From Octopus vulgaris (lineage: Eukaryota), in contig OX597815.1 in assembly GCA_951406725.2 (NCBI GenBank), positions 40,362,001 to 40,426,000 of the forward strand: DNA of 64,000 bases. Direction: 5' to 3'. Position numbers and translations under genes: made by a program. Under the pieces are notes generated by a model. The model worked only from the letters and a program-made list of their open reading frames with translations. It made no database searches and had not been told where the DNA came from. Within the stretch, counting starts at the first letter, position 1, and each line of letters opens with the position of its first letter. Shown piece after piece: positions 1 to 14,195 of the stretch.

Positions 1-312
1 AATCAATTGATTGATAATGGCAAGGAGAATACCCGGGAAGTAATGAGAAGACATTAGTAGAACAGCCCAGGAAATCTTGCCAAAGAAAATGAATAAAATG
101 AAAAAAAAAATGGATGACCGAGGTGATCTTTTCAAAGACAGAAGATCAAGAACAGGAAATTCAAAGAGAATAGGGAGTTAGGGAGTTAGATATATGGATT
201 TGCGTCAGTGAGTTTCTACATGTAGAAACCCATAAAAATAAAAGCAATAAGAAGTGTAATGATTGTTTTCTTACCTAAATTCTGTTCAAATTAACAGTTT
301 AAACTAACAGAA

Positions 313-316
<4 letters not shown>

Positions 317-366
<50 letters not shown>

Positions 367-530
367 CATACATGCATACATACATACGTACATACATACA
401 TACATACATACAAACATGCATACATACATACATACATACATACATACTACATACATACATACATATATATATACACACACACATATACACACACACACAT
501 ATATACACATACACATACACACACACACAT
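317..530. repeat. Compound microsatellite (TA)n(TACA)n(CA)n
   Basis: Direct reading. Confidence 0.98.
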
Positions 531-1139
531 TGATAGAGGTTCAATCTTCTGAGAAGCTACACCTGTTTATATTTTGATCATATACTGTTGTTGTTGTTTT
601 TTATTTTCACTAATATTACATTTTTATCAAGATTTAATAGGATCCTGGTGATAATGTTATCATAACATCTTTTTCTCTATTTTTAAACATTTTCACATTG
701 GCACTTTAATGATTTGATAAGAGTATCAGAGATTGTTTGCTGGGTTTTTTTTTTTTTTTTTTCTCAAGGATTTTCTCCTTCACTAAAATTTATAAGTGCA
801 TGGAGGCTTTGAAATCTCCTTGCTTATGTGGATAATTATGAAGGAGACCTAGAATATAATTATATATTAAATTATAAATAATTAAATGTAATTTCAGAAA
901 ATATATGTAAATATTGTATTTGTTAGTGGTATTGCACTTCTATAGTGTAGTGAAAATTTTTTGCTAATAGATCCAAATTGCATATCCCTTCTAATTGCAA
1001 ATTTTGGTGCCTTTCACTGTAAAATCACTCATTTCATGAATCTACATGCAGTTTTATATAAATAATGAAATTTTTTTTAATCCTTAAAATATATTCCACT
1101 GTGTCTATGTACTCCAACATGATTAATGTCAAGAACCTT

Positions 1140-1660
1140 ACATATCCACATCATTATGATACTTATAAAGCATTGTTTTGAGCAAAGGTGTGTTTTGTCT
1201 GTGCAACCATTTCAATAAAGGAATATCTGTACTCTTTTAGTTGAGCTTTTGTACACTATACAGTCTCTGTTCCTTCCTTACATCACAGAGTGGAAGATGT
1301 GTACCCAGCATTCTTTTGAAAGAATTTCCAACGGATGATCAGCATCTGTGGGATTGAGAATCATCATGTTTGCTGTGCCAGGTAAACTGTTACCTTTTCA
1401 CAAAGTTGGTGAACTAAGCATTATTTGAAAGTTTTGGCATCTTCTGGATGGGACAATAATAAGGAAGACGGTAAACACACTGCACTGAGCAGCTGATTGA
1501 AATTTTACCAACATTGTTATAACTGAAGTTATATTTTTATTTAGATAAAGACATCTTACAGAAACTGTCCATTACAGAAGATATTGATAGCTTGATAATA
1601 ATGAATAACTGATTGGAAGAACCAAACAGTATGGAAACTAATTTTTTAATTAATATTAAT
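1140..1660 (-). mobile_element. Degraded piggyBac-like transposase C-terminus
   Basis: Minus strand RDCIVY..NGCTDKTHLCSKQCFISI resembles the piggyBac C-terminal Cys-rich domain. Confidence 0.45.
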
Positions 1661-2065
1661 TCTATTACATATATAACACATGTGTATATGATATATAATA
1701 CAAAACTATATTGAAACACAAATTCCAAACCAAACATAAACATGAGCAAAGAAAGAAGAAAAAGAAAAAAGAGGAAAAAGGAGAAAAAAGAAAGAAAAAA
1801 GAAAAGAAACATCAATTCACCACCAAGTGCTTCAATTGGTTGCACACCACAAGTTTCAACAGAACCTACTGAAGCAAGCCAACACACTTGCAGCATTATC
1901 ATTGATGATGGCAAGGCTAAAGCACTGGAACAGCTAAGCACCTTCACAGGCACCACCTGACACCTCAGTAAGGTGAGTGGTCAACAATGACAAGAACTTT
2001 GCTCTTAGTGGCCCAGCCCTTCCTAATGTCTCAAATATCAAAGGCTAGAAGAAATGGAGATTGTT

Positions 2066-2580
2066 AATAATAATAATAATAATGAAATTATTGTATACAG
2101 TGCTCAGGTGCACCACAACTTTTCAAAAGTGCGTATACAGCATATGCAGTAATGTACAGATGTCTGGAAAGTGAACAGTGTATGAGTCAGATACATGCTT
2201 GCGTGTGTATGGAGGGAAAAAAATCAGGTGTAGTGTTGGCGAATCTCAGGAAACATGGAAGTTTTGAAGGATGCAGTGCTCCAACAACTAACAACTGATG
2301 CTGACAGTTTGTTCCATACTTCAGCAACTCTTAGCATGAAAAAATGCTTCCGAAAGTCATGAAAGCTGTGCTGTTTTCTGACTTTGTAAACATGTCCATG
2401 GGTGTTAGACAGGTGGTGTTTGAAAAGGTGCTCAGAGTTATTGTTTGTAAAATGGTTAATAATTTTATAGGTGTCTGCCAAGTCAGCTGCCAGACGTCGG
2501 AGTTTCAATGTATCCAAGCCCAGGGAAGTAAGTCGTTCAGAATATGGCAAATGCCTGATGGAGGGTATTCTCTTGGTTGT
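2066..2580 (-). mobile_element. CR1-clade LINE 3' end
   Basis: ORF 2224-2601 ..YSERL..LKLRRL..HGHVYK..RKHFF.LRV..WNKL; (ATT)n tail. Confidence 0.9.
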
Positions 2581-4744
2581 AGAATCAGAGAGAAGAAACA
2601 ATACTCAGAAATTAATTTTAAACATAAGCAGCTGAGATATTTTCCCATTTTTTCAGAAGTTCTAGATGAACAAGTTTACAGTTGTAGAATTGATGAAATT
2701 CTTTTGAAGCACAAAGAAGACATGCCTCACAAGCACTTTAATATCTATCTCAGATATGTGTGTTACATACAGCTTCCTAGCACAGTTTAGTTAAGTCATA
2801 GATTAAAACAATAAACCAAGCCTCTTATTTTTGGTTTTGTGCTAATGAAGGAACAGTGGCTAAAATGTATTGTTGAGTTAATGGGTGTAACATTATTGAT
2901 ATATGACATGTTGGTAAGAAACATGTTGGTAAATTAAGGCTTCTCTATCAATTGGATATGCTTTATGTTTATGTGAATTGTTGCTGCACTATCCTAGATA
3001 TGTAAGAAGTAACCTACTGCAGAGTATTCTTATGGTGTAGTAAAGGATCAGCATAAAGGTCAGAACCGAAATATCTGTTGGGATGCAGTTTTGGGTAGAT
3101 GTACTATACCATTGTTAAGTGATTTATGTGCCTATATAGTTGCAAGCATACATAAATGATCTCTCTACCCACTGCCCCTTTGACCCATGGGAACAGCACG
3201 GATGTGACAGTCTGAGGGAGAAAGGCTTGCACCATCACCAGGCTAGTATTCGTTTTCTGTTGAGTAAACTGGAGCAATATGAAATGAAGACACAATACTC
3301 AATGGTACCTTGCTCAAAAACACACTGTGAACCCAATGCCTTAAATACTTGGCAATGTACCTTCACCGGGGATAACTATGAAAAACTGTTAGAGCTAAAA
3401 GGTCTGATCACTTGAAAGGAGTATGAAAGTTTTAATCACTTGTTATTCATACAACTAAAATTTCTGAATACTTCACCATCTAAAAACTACACAAAAGAGT
3501 ATTTGTATTGCTATGACTGTCCTATCTTGATTTGAGTTGTAACTATGTATTGGTACTGTTGGATAAGACAAGTCACACCTCAGGTTATTTATATCTTTAT
3601 TCATTGATGTAATGAATGTCTGATGGAAGATATCAGCAGAGGGGTATATGGTTAACAGTTACAGCAAGACTGTTATTACTTATAATCATAGACGCCAACC
3701 AAGGGCTATTTAGAAGAAAGAATGTGAAGAACATAATTTAGTAGCCCAGAAGCACAATTTGTTAACAGTACATAGGTTGTAATAAAGTCTAACTGGAAAT
3801 ATCTAGACCAAAAGATGGAATATGAATGTAGCTAAAATGTGGGTAGTTTAAGTAGAGCTTTCCTATTGCAGTTACAGTTAAAGACTTTGTTAGAACTATA
3901 TGAAGAGTATGTGTGTCTGTGGAGTGCTCAGTCACTTGCATGTTAATTTCATGAGCAGGTGTTTCTGTTGATTGGAACCCTCATCATCACAACCAGTGGA
4001 GTGCCATTTTTATATATTGCTAGTGGGGAGACAAATCTCTGCCACTTCCAGAGCCAAGAATACCAGATCATGTGATATCAATCTTCCTTGGTCTTGTCAA
4101 TGATGGATGCTCAACTGCTGGAAGTAGCAGTGATCTGTTCTCACCAGTGATATATAGAATAATAATGCCAGAACAGGTGCTGGTGTTATGAGTAGCCAGT
4201 GAGTTTGTTAAAATATACACTTGGAAAGTGAAATGGGCTTCCATCCTTTGGAGGTTCATAAACTAAGTACTAGAAAGTTACTGTTATCTTCCTGCCAAAT
4301 TCTTGGCCTTTTGCTTATGTTAGAAATCATTATTGGGTTAGGCTACTGTTAGTAGAATTGGAAGTATGTTATCCCCAGAAGATAATCAAGGTTTTGGAAT
4401 AGTAAGATCTTGTCTGAGTAATTGCAAACATGCTTTTACTTTGATTTGGAGGAAATTTGGCCCCTATTTTATTTACATATGTATATTTTTAAATATATCT
4501 TAAAGTTTACATTTATATGTTTAGTGTTTCCTTCAATCCTTGTCTTTGTGATTTCTATGTTTACACCTCTTCTGTCCTAATATTTTATCTGCTGTTATAT
4601 ATTGTATATCGTGCATAAGGAAATCACATTTAGCACTTGAAACATGTTGTCCCCACTGAAAGATCAATGAAAGTTTGATGAAAGATATAAAGCTTCTCTA
4701 TAGAGCATGTCAGAGAACTCCATAGGAGAATAACTGTAATTGCC

Positions 4745-5431
4745 CATTCATAATCCTCTTGCGAGCGTGACCTAGGCATCACTGTCAGCAGTGATTTGCG
4801 TTGGACAAAGCATATCTCTAAAATTGTCAAGAAGGCCGAGGGTGTCTTGGCATCACTCAGCAAGACTTTTGTTAGCCGCTCTCCAGCCATCTATTTAAAA
4901 CTGTATACAGCTATGGTACGACCACACTTGGAATTCGCATCATCAGTTTGGAATCCCTATCTTGCTCAGAACATTGACCTCCTGGAATCTGTCCAGAGAC
5001 GTGCAACCAAACGCATACCCTCCATCAGACACCTACCATATTCTGAGCGCCTTGTTTCCCCGGGCATGGATTCACTGAAGCTCCGGCGTCTGGCGACGGA
5101 CTTGGTAAACACCCACAAGGTTATCAACCACCTCACCAACAACAACACTGAACACCTTTTTGATCTCCATGTGTCTAACACACGTGGACATGCCTACAAA
5201 GTCAGAAAACAGCACAGCTCCCATGACTTTCGGAAACATTTTTTCACGCTCAGGGTTGCTGAAGCGTGGAATAAACTGCCTGCATCAGTTGTTGACTGCC
5301 ATGACACTGCATCCTTTAAGGCCCTCATGCTTCCCGAAATCCGTCGAAACTACACCTGATTATATACACACTTTAGATGAGTTGTAGTGCACCTGAGCAC
5401 TGTACACAATTATTATTATTATTATTATTAT
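4745..5431 (+). mobile_element. CR1-clade LINE 3' end
   Basis: ORF 4796-5359 with VRPHLEFASSVWNP, LESVQRRATK, TRGH, RKHFF; tail gtgcacctgagcactg-(ATT)n. Confidence 0.92.
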
Positions 5432-5442
5432 AACATAATGAA

Positions 5443-5686
5443 CTTTCATTGCCATATATAAATAGGGAGAGGAGTCAATTCTGTATGAAAGTCTTGATCA
5501 TATAATCAGACAAAAATTAGATACATCGTATATTTAAAGCATATACAGCAGTGTGTCCAGACTCCTTTCATTGCCATATATAAATAGGGAGAGGAGTCAA
5601 TTCTGTGTGAAAGTCTTGATCATATAATCAGACAAAATTAGATACATTGTATATTTAAAGCATATAAAGCAGTGTGTCCAGACTCC
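5443..5686. repeat. Tandem duplication, ~122-bp unit x2
   Basis: 5443-5564 and 5565-5686 differ at only a few positions. Confidence 0.92.
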
Positions 5687-8267
5687 AACTTAAAAAAAAA
5701 AAAAATTTTCTATCTTATACGCTTCTTATACACTGTAGCTCTCTCTTTTCTCTTGTCTTCCTTCAGATTTTGACATAACCAACTAGAATAAAATTTAATG
5801 AAAGAAATTTGGCTGCTCTTTGGAGTAGGTTGATCAACTCCATAAAATCTTCCCAATAGATATTGGTAACAAGGTACCACTCCACTTCTCAGATAAAATA
5901 ACATTTTCTAACACAAACAAAAAAACCCACAAATTTTATGAAAGCTGTATAGTTGAAAATTATATATCAACTCCATTACATAATTGATACTTATATAATT
6001 GATCTCTTGGAGGGTGAAATATTAAGTTCCACTTTCATGGGATCTCAACTCATAATGTAAAAATGTACTTAAATAAATACCACAAAGCCTTTTGTCTTTT
6101 CTTAATCTTCCAACCCATTGACTATCCCTGATGAAATATTAAAAAGAAAATAATTTTTTGTGAATTGTACTTTAACTGCAGATCAGCTCTAATCAAGTAC
6201 ACCAATGATCAAACACATTCAGCTTTAAACATTTCATCATTTTGTAAATAAAAGATTGCATTGTCCAGTGTGTCCTTTGTCTTTTTAGATGATAGAATAT
6301 GGTCAGAGAGAGATTTAGTTACTAATTTTAGCAGGTTGAATAACCGTGTGGAAGTTCCCTCATTTGTAAAAACAGGAAGTAAATTCATGGAAGTTGGTTC
6401 AGTACAACTCTGTATTTCTGTTTACTATTTCTTCTGATTGATTTTTGTATTTCAAATTATAGAAACAATTTTAATGATTTATCTATAAAATAGGTGACAA
6501 GTAACAGCTGGTATGCTAGTATGTTCTCAATACTTATCAAGTCCTTGTATTAATTTTTTTTTGTTTGGATTTTAAATAGATTTGCAGCCAGCCAAAAGGA
6601 TGTTAGTCTAAGAAGTGAATAATTAATAGTTCATACCCCACCAATCTTTGTTGCCCTTTTCCTGACATGTACACTCAACTATAGTCCACTCTACCTAATT
6701 ACAAAACTAATTATTTATAGACATTCAACTGTAAATGTGAATGTAAAGTTCAGTTTAATGTTACAAATACTCATTAATCCACCTCTTTCATAGAATTTAT
6801 CTCAAATACCTCTATATGCTTGAGAAAAAAAATAGGAAAATTCTTCAATCACAGGATGGAAGTTTTACCAGGTTTCCAATGACTCACTGAATTGAGAGGA
6901 TATTACTTTTATTACTTTATACTTTCAATCAGATACAAATACTATCAGCAACAACCCCCTGTGTCATACTGCCACCAACAGCAGCAGCAGTAGCACCACC
7001 ACCACCACAACAACAACAACAACCATCATCCTCATCATCATCATCATTTTGCATCCAACTTCTATGCTGGTATGGGTTTGACAGGATCCAATGAATCCAA
7101 GGATTGCATCATACTCCGATGTTGCTTTGACATGATTTCTATAGCTGGGAGCCCTTTCTAATGCCAACCACTTTACAAAGTGTACTCAGTGGTCTTTTTT
7201 ATGGCACCAGCTCTAGTAAGGTCACCATGCAGCTTGCAGGACCAAGAATGAATGAGGGGCTGAATATAATGAATAAAGAGCAAGTATTGAGGGATAAATG
7301 ATGAATATACATTGGAGAGAAAGTATAGAAAAATAAATGATAAATGATAAATGATACATATGAGTTGGAGGGAGGTACCAGAGAGTAGATGCTGATCGAC
7401 AGTACAGAAAGAGGTGAAAGGTAGCAGAATGGTAATAATGATACAATAGACAAAGAAGAATGAGAGGGAGATGATATCTGGGTGGATTGCAAGAGTGTGA
7501 GAAGAAAGATAAACATAGTGTATGAGGAGAGTGAAAGATGTATAGTGGTGGGGAAAGCAAAATAATGTGTGGTACAGAAGGGTGATCAATGTAAAATGTG
7601 GGTGGAGCAAAATTGTATTAAGAATGATGGGTAGATATCAACTGAAATGGTTCTGGATAACGAGAAAAATAAGTGGTATCAGAAAGAAAGATGAAATATG
7701 CAATTCTGCTCACATTTAATTACTGCCACAAAATACTGCAGTTTGGCAGGTGATGGAAGGAATAACACGAGAGAGATAATGGGTAGTGGGGGTGGTTTAA
7801 GAAGGAAATTGTGTGAGATGTGCATATATATACATTGTACTTCCAGAATCTCGGTTTTACCATGACTGGTGGGTCTACTTGAGTATCACATATCACCAAT
7901 CATCTCAGTTCTTCATGTATTTTTATTTTAATTAATTTAAAATACACAAGGTTCTGTTTGTGTCTCTATATTCAGATTTCAAATTTCACTAGGATCAACT
8001 TACCTTTCACTCTACCACCAGGTTTTGTCAACAGGCTATTCCCTATCAAAATAATGATTTTGAGCCAATGAGATAAATAATTATTTCTTTTGTCTGTTCT
8101 AATGCTCTATAAATAACCTGTCTATATCATTCCAAGTTTTTTCATTATCAATCACATTTCTCTAATTAGTTTCTGTAACAATCTCTTCCCATCAAACTTC
8201 CATATCACTTCAGACTGTTCACTTGAGTATGACACTCAATACATATACTTACAGATCATTTTTTAAA

Positions 8268-8657
8268 TTGATGGCAGACACCCACAAAATTATTAACCAT
8301 CTTACAAACAATAACTCTGAGCACCCATTTCAAACTCCACCTGTCTAACACCCATGGACATGTTTACAAAATGCTTTCGGAAGCATTTTTTCAAGCTAAG
8401 AGTTGCTGAAGTATGGAACAAACTGCCGGCATCAGTTGTTAGTTGTCGAAGCACTGCATCCTTCAAAACTTCCATGCTTCCTGAGATTCGCCAACACTAC
8501 ACCTGATTTTCTCCCCTCCATAAACACGCAAGCATGTATCTGACTCATACACTGTTCACTTTCCAGACATTTGTACATTACTGCATATGCTGTATACACA
8601 CTTTTGACAAGTTGTGGTGCACCTGAGCACTGTATACAATAATTTCATTATTATTAT
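8268..8657 (+). mobile_element. CR1-clade LINE 3' end (further tail fragments ~20575, ~28880, ~29370 -, ~36260)
   Basis: Near reverse-complement match to 2066-2490. Confidence 0.88.
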
Positions 8658-9556
8658 ATATTTTATTTAGCATTTAAACCATCTAAATCCAGCTACTATA
8701 TAGATAAACCCATCAATCTTAACTACATGGATATCTTGTCTTTACTATGTTGAGCACTGAGCACTATATACAATAATTTCATTAATATTATATATTATTA
8801 AAACACCTGATACAATTTCACAGCCAATCAAGTCTTCTTAGTTTCATTCTTTCATGTTTGTTATTAACATTTAATACAGTATGAGTCAGTTGAAATATTA
8901 AGTTTCGACAAAACACTTTGTTCACATTGATTGATTCAAATTTTATTTTCAAAAAGATAATGTTCCATCAGAATATAGCTGCGATGTTGTTAACATTCTG
9001 AAAGAAATTTATAAAAACAAAATAAGTGTGAGGAAATATATAAGCTTAAATATAATCAAAGGGTTTTGTTGACAAAATGAACATAAAATTTAGAAACTAT
9101 TGAAATAAAAAAAGGTTGCTGTGAAAAGTAATTCAGCAACCCCTTGTCTAAGGAGTTCAGGTACAGACTAAAAGAATTGATATCACAAGTCTTCATACTT
9201 TAAAATATTCATCATACCTTAAAAAATAATTAATAACTCAGGTGTGAAATATAATGTTAATAGGCATAAGGTAAAAAAAACTTATGTAGAAAGTGTAGTT
9301 GATTAAATTTCCCACTTTATGACTGGTACTTGCAAAAGCAAAGTAAGAAATATCTGATGTGCTTTTAATGAAAGATGAAATTAATTAGTTTGATTTGCAT
9401 TTTAAACTATCAAAGACCCCATTATTTATTCATGAGACTTCTTTTCTCAACAAATCGAAATATAATTATACTTTGTTGGTACAGCTGTTAACCTTGTACC
9501 ACTATTTAAATTACGTTTGTAATAATTTTGCAAAAATTTCCTCTAAGAAGCTGTAT

Positions 9557-9602
<46 letters not shown>

Positions 9603-9603
9603 G

Positions 9604-9649
<46 letters not shown>

Positions 9650-9899
9650 TAATGACTCAATATATGTGTGAATTTGCTCCCAGAGATTGCTCATAAAATG
9701 AAAACTTGTAAAGCAGAGCAGTAATTTCCCATAGTAGCAATGAAATTTTCTGCCATCATTTTACTCTGTTGCCACATGTTAGAACATTGCCACACACACA
9801 AACACACACAAAATGACTATTTAACCTTTTTATATTTATTATATAAAGTGAAGTATTACACACACACACACACACACCGATATATATGGGAAAAAAAGT

Positions 9900-10640
9900 C
9901 AAGATAGAAAATGCTAAAATAATTTTATAAAAAAACATTTCAGTACTGGTTTCAGTCATTGAGACTTTTTCAACTGTAACAATTAAACAATTAAATTTAG
10001 GAAATATATATATATACACAGTTAATACTAGGATTAAAAGTACATACAATACAGTTCCTATCAGTACATGTGGTCTTATCAAAGGGGTATGTCTTACATT
10101 ACTATGATTTCAATTTCTCAAGTTTTATACAACTTTAAATGTTGAGTTTAGCTACCTTCATAGCCTTCTTGAACCTAAGGGCCAACTCCCCATATGGTGT
10201 GGCCTCTACAAACCATTACCCCTTGAAATATCTCTGTGTTATACCACTTGTTTATTCCATTTGCATTATCAGTAATTCTCTGTATTCTGTTCCAATGATT
10301 GCCTTGGTATCTAGGGTATGTTCCACTGGCATCCTTACCCATGATATCATCGAAATTCTTCCTAACTGCCACCCTGTACATTCTGACACCATCTCTCTGG
10401 TTGTAGCCAGAGAACTGCATGTGGTGCATAAAGACCTGTTCATGTCTTTATAATATTTCACAGGGGTTGCACAAGAGGGATATGTTGTTCACTATCCTAA
10501 CTAAATCCAGTATAAATATGTTTATCTTATTATTTGTGTGATAAGTCGAGTTCTTATAAATAACATACCTGGAAGCAATGAGTGGTCACAGTACTTGCAA
10601 GAAGTAGGACAGCCTATAATTTCTGGAAATATTAGCCCCA
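9900..10640 (-). mobile_element. Degraded Penelope-like fragment and terminal region
   Basis: Minus strand MQFSGYN..PRYQG..NKWY..VEATPYGELA..IKVV resembles the post-RT region of Penelope-like elements; hammerhead-like motif downstream. Confidence 0.5.
9938..9979 (-). ncRNA. Minimal hammerhead-like motif, U3-A8 variant
   Basis: CAG-UUGAAAA-AGUC(ucaau)GACU-GAAA-CCA-GUA-CUG. Confidence 0.5.
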
Positions 10641-11143
10641 CCAACTGGAGGAGATGGTGGTGGTGATGGTGGTGGAAGTCTACTCTCTTGTTGTCAGAGA
10701 TAGTGAAAGTTAATATATATATATATACACACACACATATCTTAATATATTATGTATCAGTATGTATGTATGTATGTATGTATGTATGTATGTATGTATG
10801 TATGCTGTTATCATTATTAGTTCTTATGCAAATTTCTTTTTTCTACAAAATTATGATGAAGATATTGCACTACAGTATTGATACTCTCTAAAATTATTTA
10901 CCCTCTGGTTGTCAGAGATTGCGTAAGTTAATCCTTTCGTGACTATATTCTTACTTGATTACACTACCTGTGTGTTTCAAGCAATTTTCAATGACTCAGT
11001 GAGAGAGCTTCTACACAGTAATTTGATCTACTAAAAATAGCAGTAAAATCTCCTGAATGAACAAAAGAACGTTCTTCAGTAACATTTATTTAATATATAT
11101 TCTTTAGAATAAATTCTATAACATAATGTAATGAAATATTTAT

Positions 11144-11620
<477 letters not shown>

Positions 11621-11782
11621 ACTTACTGGACACTTTAACAATTTCAGGCAAATGGTTTTTCTTGACGCATTTACGGGTGAAACAGTTTCCATGGATTGTC
11701 TCATTCCAGTGTGATCCTACTTTGTGGCATTTATGGTGATGACTTTTGCAACCTGAAATATTTCAAAGATATATATCTAAAT

Positions 11783-12154
11783 CAGGGGTTCTCAGCCATT
11801 TTGTATCTATGGACCTCTTCAATTACTATTTTATTCTGGTGCAGCCCCATAACCATTCAATGTTTTAAAAACCTAGTTTTATAGATACTTCTTTCAAAAT
11901 TCCTATTTTGTTTTTCCTACATTCACTTGCATAAATTAGTAAAAAACATGTTGGACTATGTTAAGTGTTAGAGAAAGAAACCTAGCTGCTTCTTGCAATA
12001 AACACATCTATAGCAAAATATTTTCATGGACCCTTAAAATAATACTGTGGATCTCCAAATTACTATTCTACTTGTGTGCCCCCCACCACCACCACCACCA
12101 CCAAATCTTTTATGGATATCCTGAGGCCATATGGGGCCCAGTTGAAACCCATTG
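11783..12154. mobile_element. Possible hAT-type MITE
   Basis: Imperfect termini caggggttctca / gttgaaacccattg. Confidence 0.35.
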
Positions 12155-12859
12155 ATCATCATCATCAGCAGCAGCAGCAGCCTTTAACATCCATTGTCCA
12201 TGCTGGCAAGGGTTAGATGCTTTGACCAGGGCTGGTAAGCTGAGGGGCTGCACCAGACTCATCTGATTTAGCATGATTTCTATGGCTGGATGCCCTTCTT
12301 GACACAAACCACTCCAAGAGTGTAATGGGTGCTTTTACATGCCACCAGCACAGATACCAGTTGCATGACACCAGTATCTGCCATGATTATGATTTCACTT
12401 GGCTTGATGGGTCTTCTACTGAAATACAGCATATTGCCAAAGGTCATAGTCATTTGTCATTGCCTCCATGAAACCCAAAGATGGAAAGGTGCTTTTCAGA
12501 TGCCACTAGCACAGGTGCTAGTTATGCAACACTGACATCAACCACATTGCTTCTGTGAGGCCCAACAGTCGAAATGGTGTTTCTTATGTGCCACCAGCAC
12601 AGGTGCCAGTTATGTGACACCAACATCAGCCACGACAACAATTTTATTTGGCTTGATGCATCTTCTCAAGTACAGCATATCGCCAAAGGTGATCTACTGA
12701 TCTAAAGTATATATTCCATTAATTGTATTTCAATTACTTGAGAGCACTATTTATAAGTTTTCAGCACTCTCCTACTCTGGTGAATAGACACAAATGGATG
12801 ACCAGTTCCAGTTGCTTGAACTTGCCATTTTAATCTATCATACCAAGCATTGAAAATGG

Positions 12860-13330
12860 CTTTGAGAATGTGAAGTTTAATTTCCAGCAAGATGGGGCAC
12901 CTTCATACTACCATAATAGGGCCTACTATGATGAGATTTTTGTCAAACAGGCAGACTGGAGGAAGAAGTTCAGTAGAATACTCTCTGTGTTCTCTAGACC
13001 TCTCACCACAAGACTTTTTTAAAGGGCATATTAAAAGATTAAGTTTACAATACAAAACCAATGACAGTTGACAAATTGAGGGTTACCATTGAATGAGAAT
13101 ACACATAAAATATCAAACAAAATGTTTCTTGAAGTTTGCAATTTTCTTATTTCATGTCATCAGCAGTGCCTGGACCAGAACAGTCATCAGTTTGAAAATA
13201 GACATTCATAAAAATTTTAATTTTGTCTGTAAATTCGATTAAATTTAAAATGAAATGTATCTTAATAAATACTGACTTTATAAACTGTCAAAGTATGAAA
13301 ACATTTTTTGTGGAGGAACATCCTGATATA
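12860..13330 (+). mobile_element. Degraded Tc1/mariner transposase 3' fragment
   Basis: FQQDGAPSY and SLDLSPQDFF motifs. Confidence 0.7.
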
Positions 13331-13959
13331 CGAGTATGTGTGTTTTTATCTATAATATATAAGATGGAAGATGTGAGTGTGTGTGTATATATGTGACTGA
13401 CCATTAGGTTGATCCCATGTAAAATCAATATTCTTCATCCAATTTCGTTCATGCTCAGCAAATACATCACTTATGTTCCACAGATAATTCTACACTCTTT
13501 AGATTTTTCACTTATAGAGAAATATGGAGTAATGGGGCTTCTAGAGAAAGGTTCAGAGAAACCGCCATTTCTGGTGTATGGTGACTATTGTAGACAAGGA
13601 AGTGTGGCTTAGGAAGGAGAATACATCTGAGAGTAGTGGAATGATGAGTAAGGTTTAGGAGCAGTGGAAAAGGAAGAGCTATAGTAAGTGGGGTGTGATG
13701 ATAGAAATGTGAAGTTATAAAGAAATGATAGCAGATAAGAGATGTGTTAAGAATGGTGTGTAGCAGAGGGGAAGGAACAGAGGCTGAAGGCATGGAAAGG
13801 AGGTGATTGATAAGAATAGTGTGGGTAGGGATGAGGAGAAGTGAAAGTGGCTTCAAGAAAGATGTGACTGGAAAGCAGGGGATGTAATATGTGCTGATTC
13901 TGCTCCCAGTTGTCAAGCAGTAGTTGGAGACAAATACAAACACAAAATTATGCAAAAGT

Positions 13960-14035
13960 TAGATAGATAGATAGATAGATAGGTAGATAGACAGACAGAC
14001 AGACGGGCAAGCAGGCAGACAGACAGACAGACAGG

Positions 14036-14130
<95 letters not shown>

Positions 14131-14195
14131 CAGATACACACAGGCAGGTAGACAGGCAGACAGGTAAACACATAGACAGACAGATAGATAGATAT
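13960..14195. repeat. Compound (GATA)n/(GACA)n microsatellite
   Basis: Direct reading. Confidence 0.97.

Noticed and set aside
316-544. ORFs rich in CV/YI/HT/LSIY/poly-I/L/M/D (also 11238-11506, 13913-14236, 21960-22249, 30348-31052, 32820-33071, 36093-36621, 51178-51685, 54881-55229)
   Set aside because: Translations of microsatellites; no domain content.
1-1980. Candidate upstream exons from donor-like sites CA|GTGAGT (207/208) and AAG|GTGAGT (1972/1973), and the Lys-rich ORF 1742-1960
   Set aside because: No recognisable protein; the Lys run comes from a purine-rich low-complexity tract; isolated donor motifs are expected by chance.
2600-3750. Coding-like degraded stretches (also 18700-20000, 62150-63200)
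   Set aside because: Possibly old TE or pseudogene remnants, but I could not assign a family from motifs; needs TBLASTX/HMM searches.
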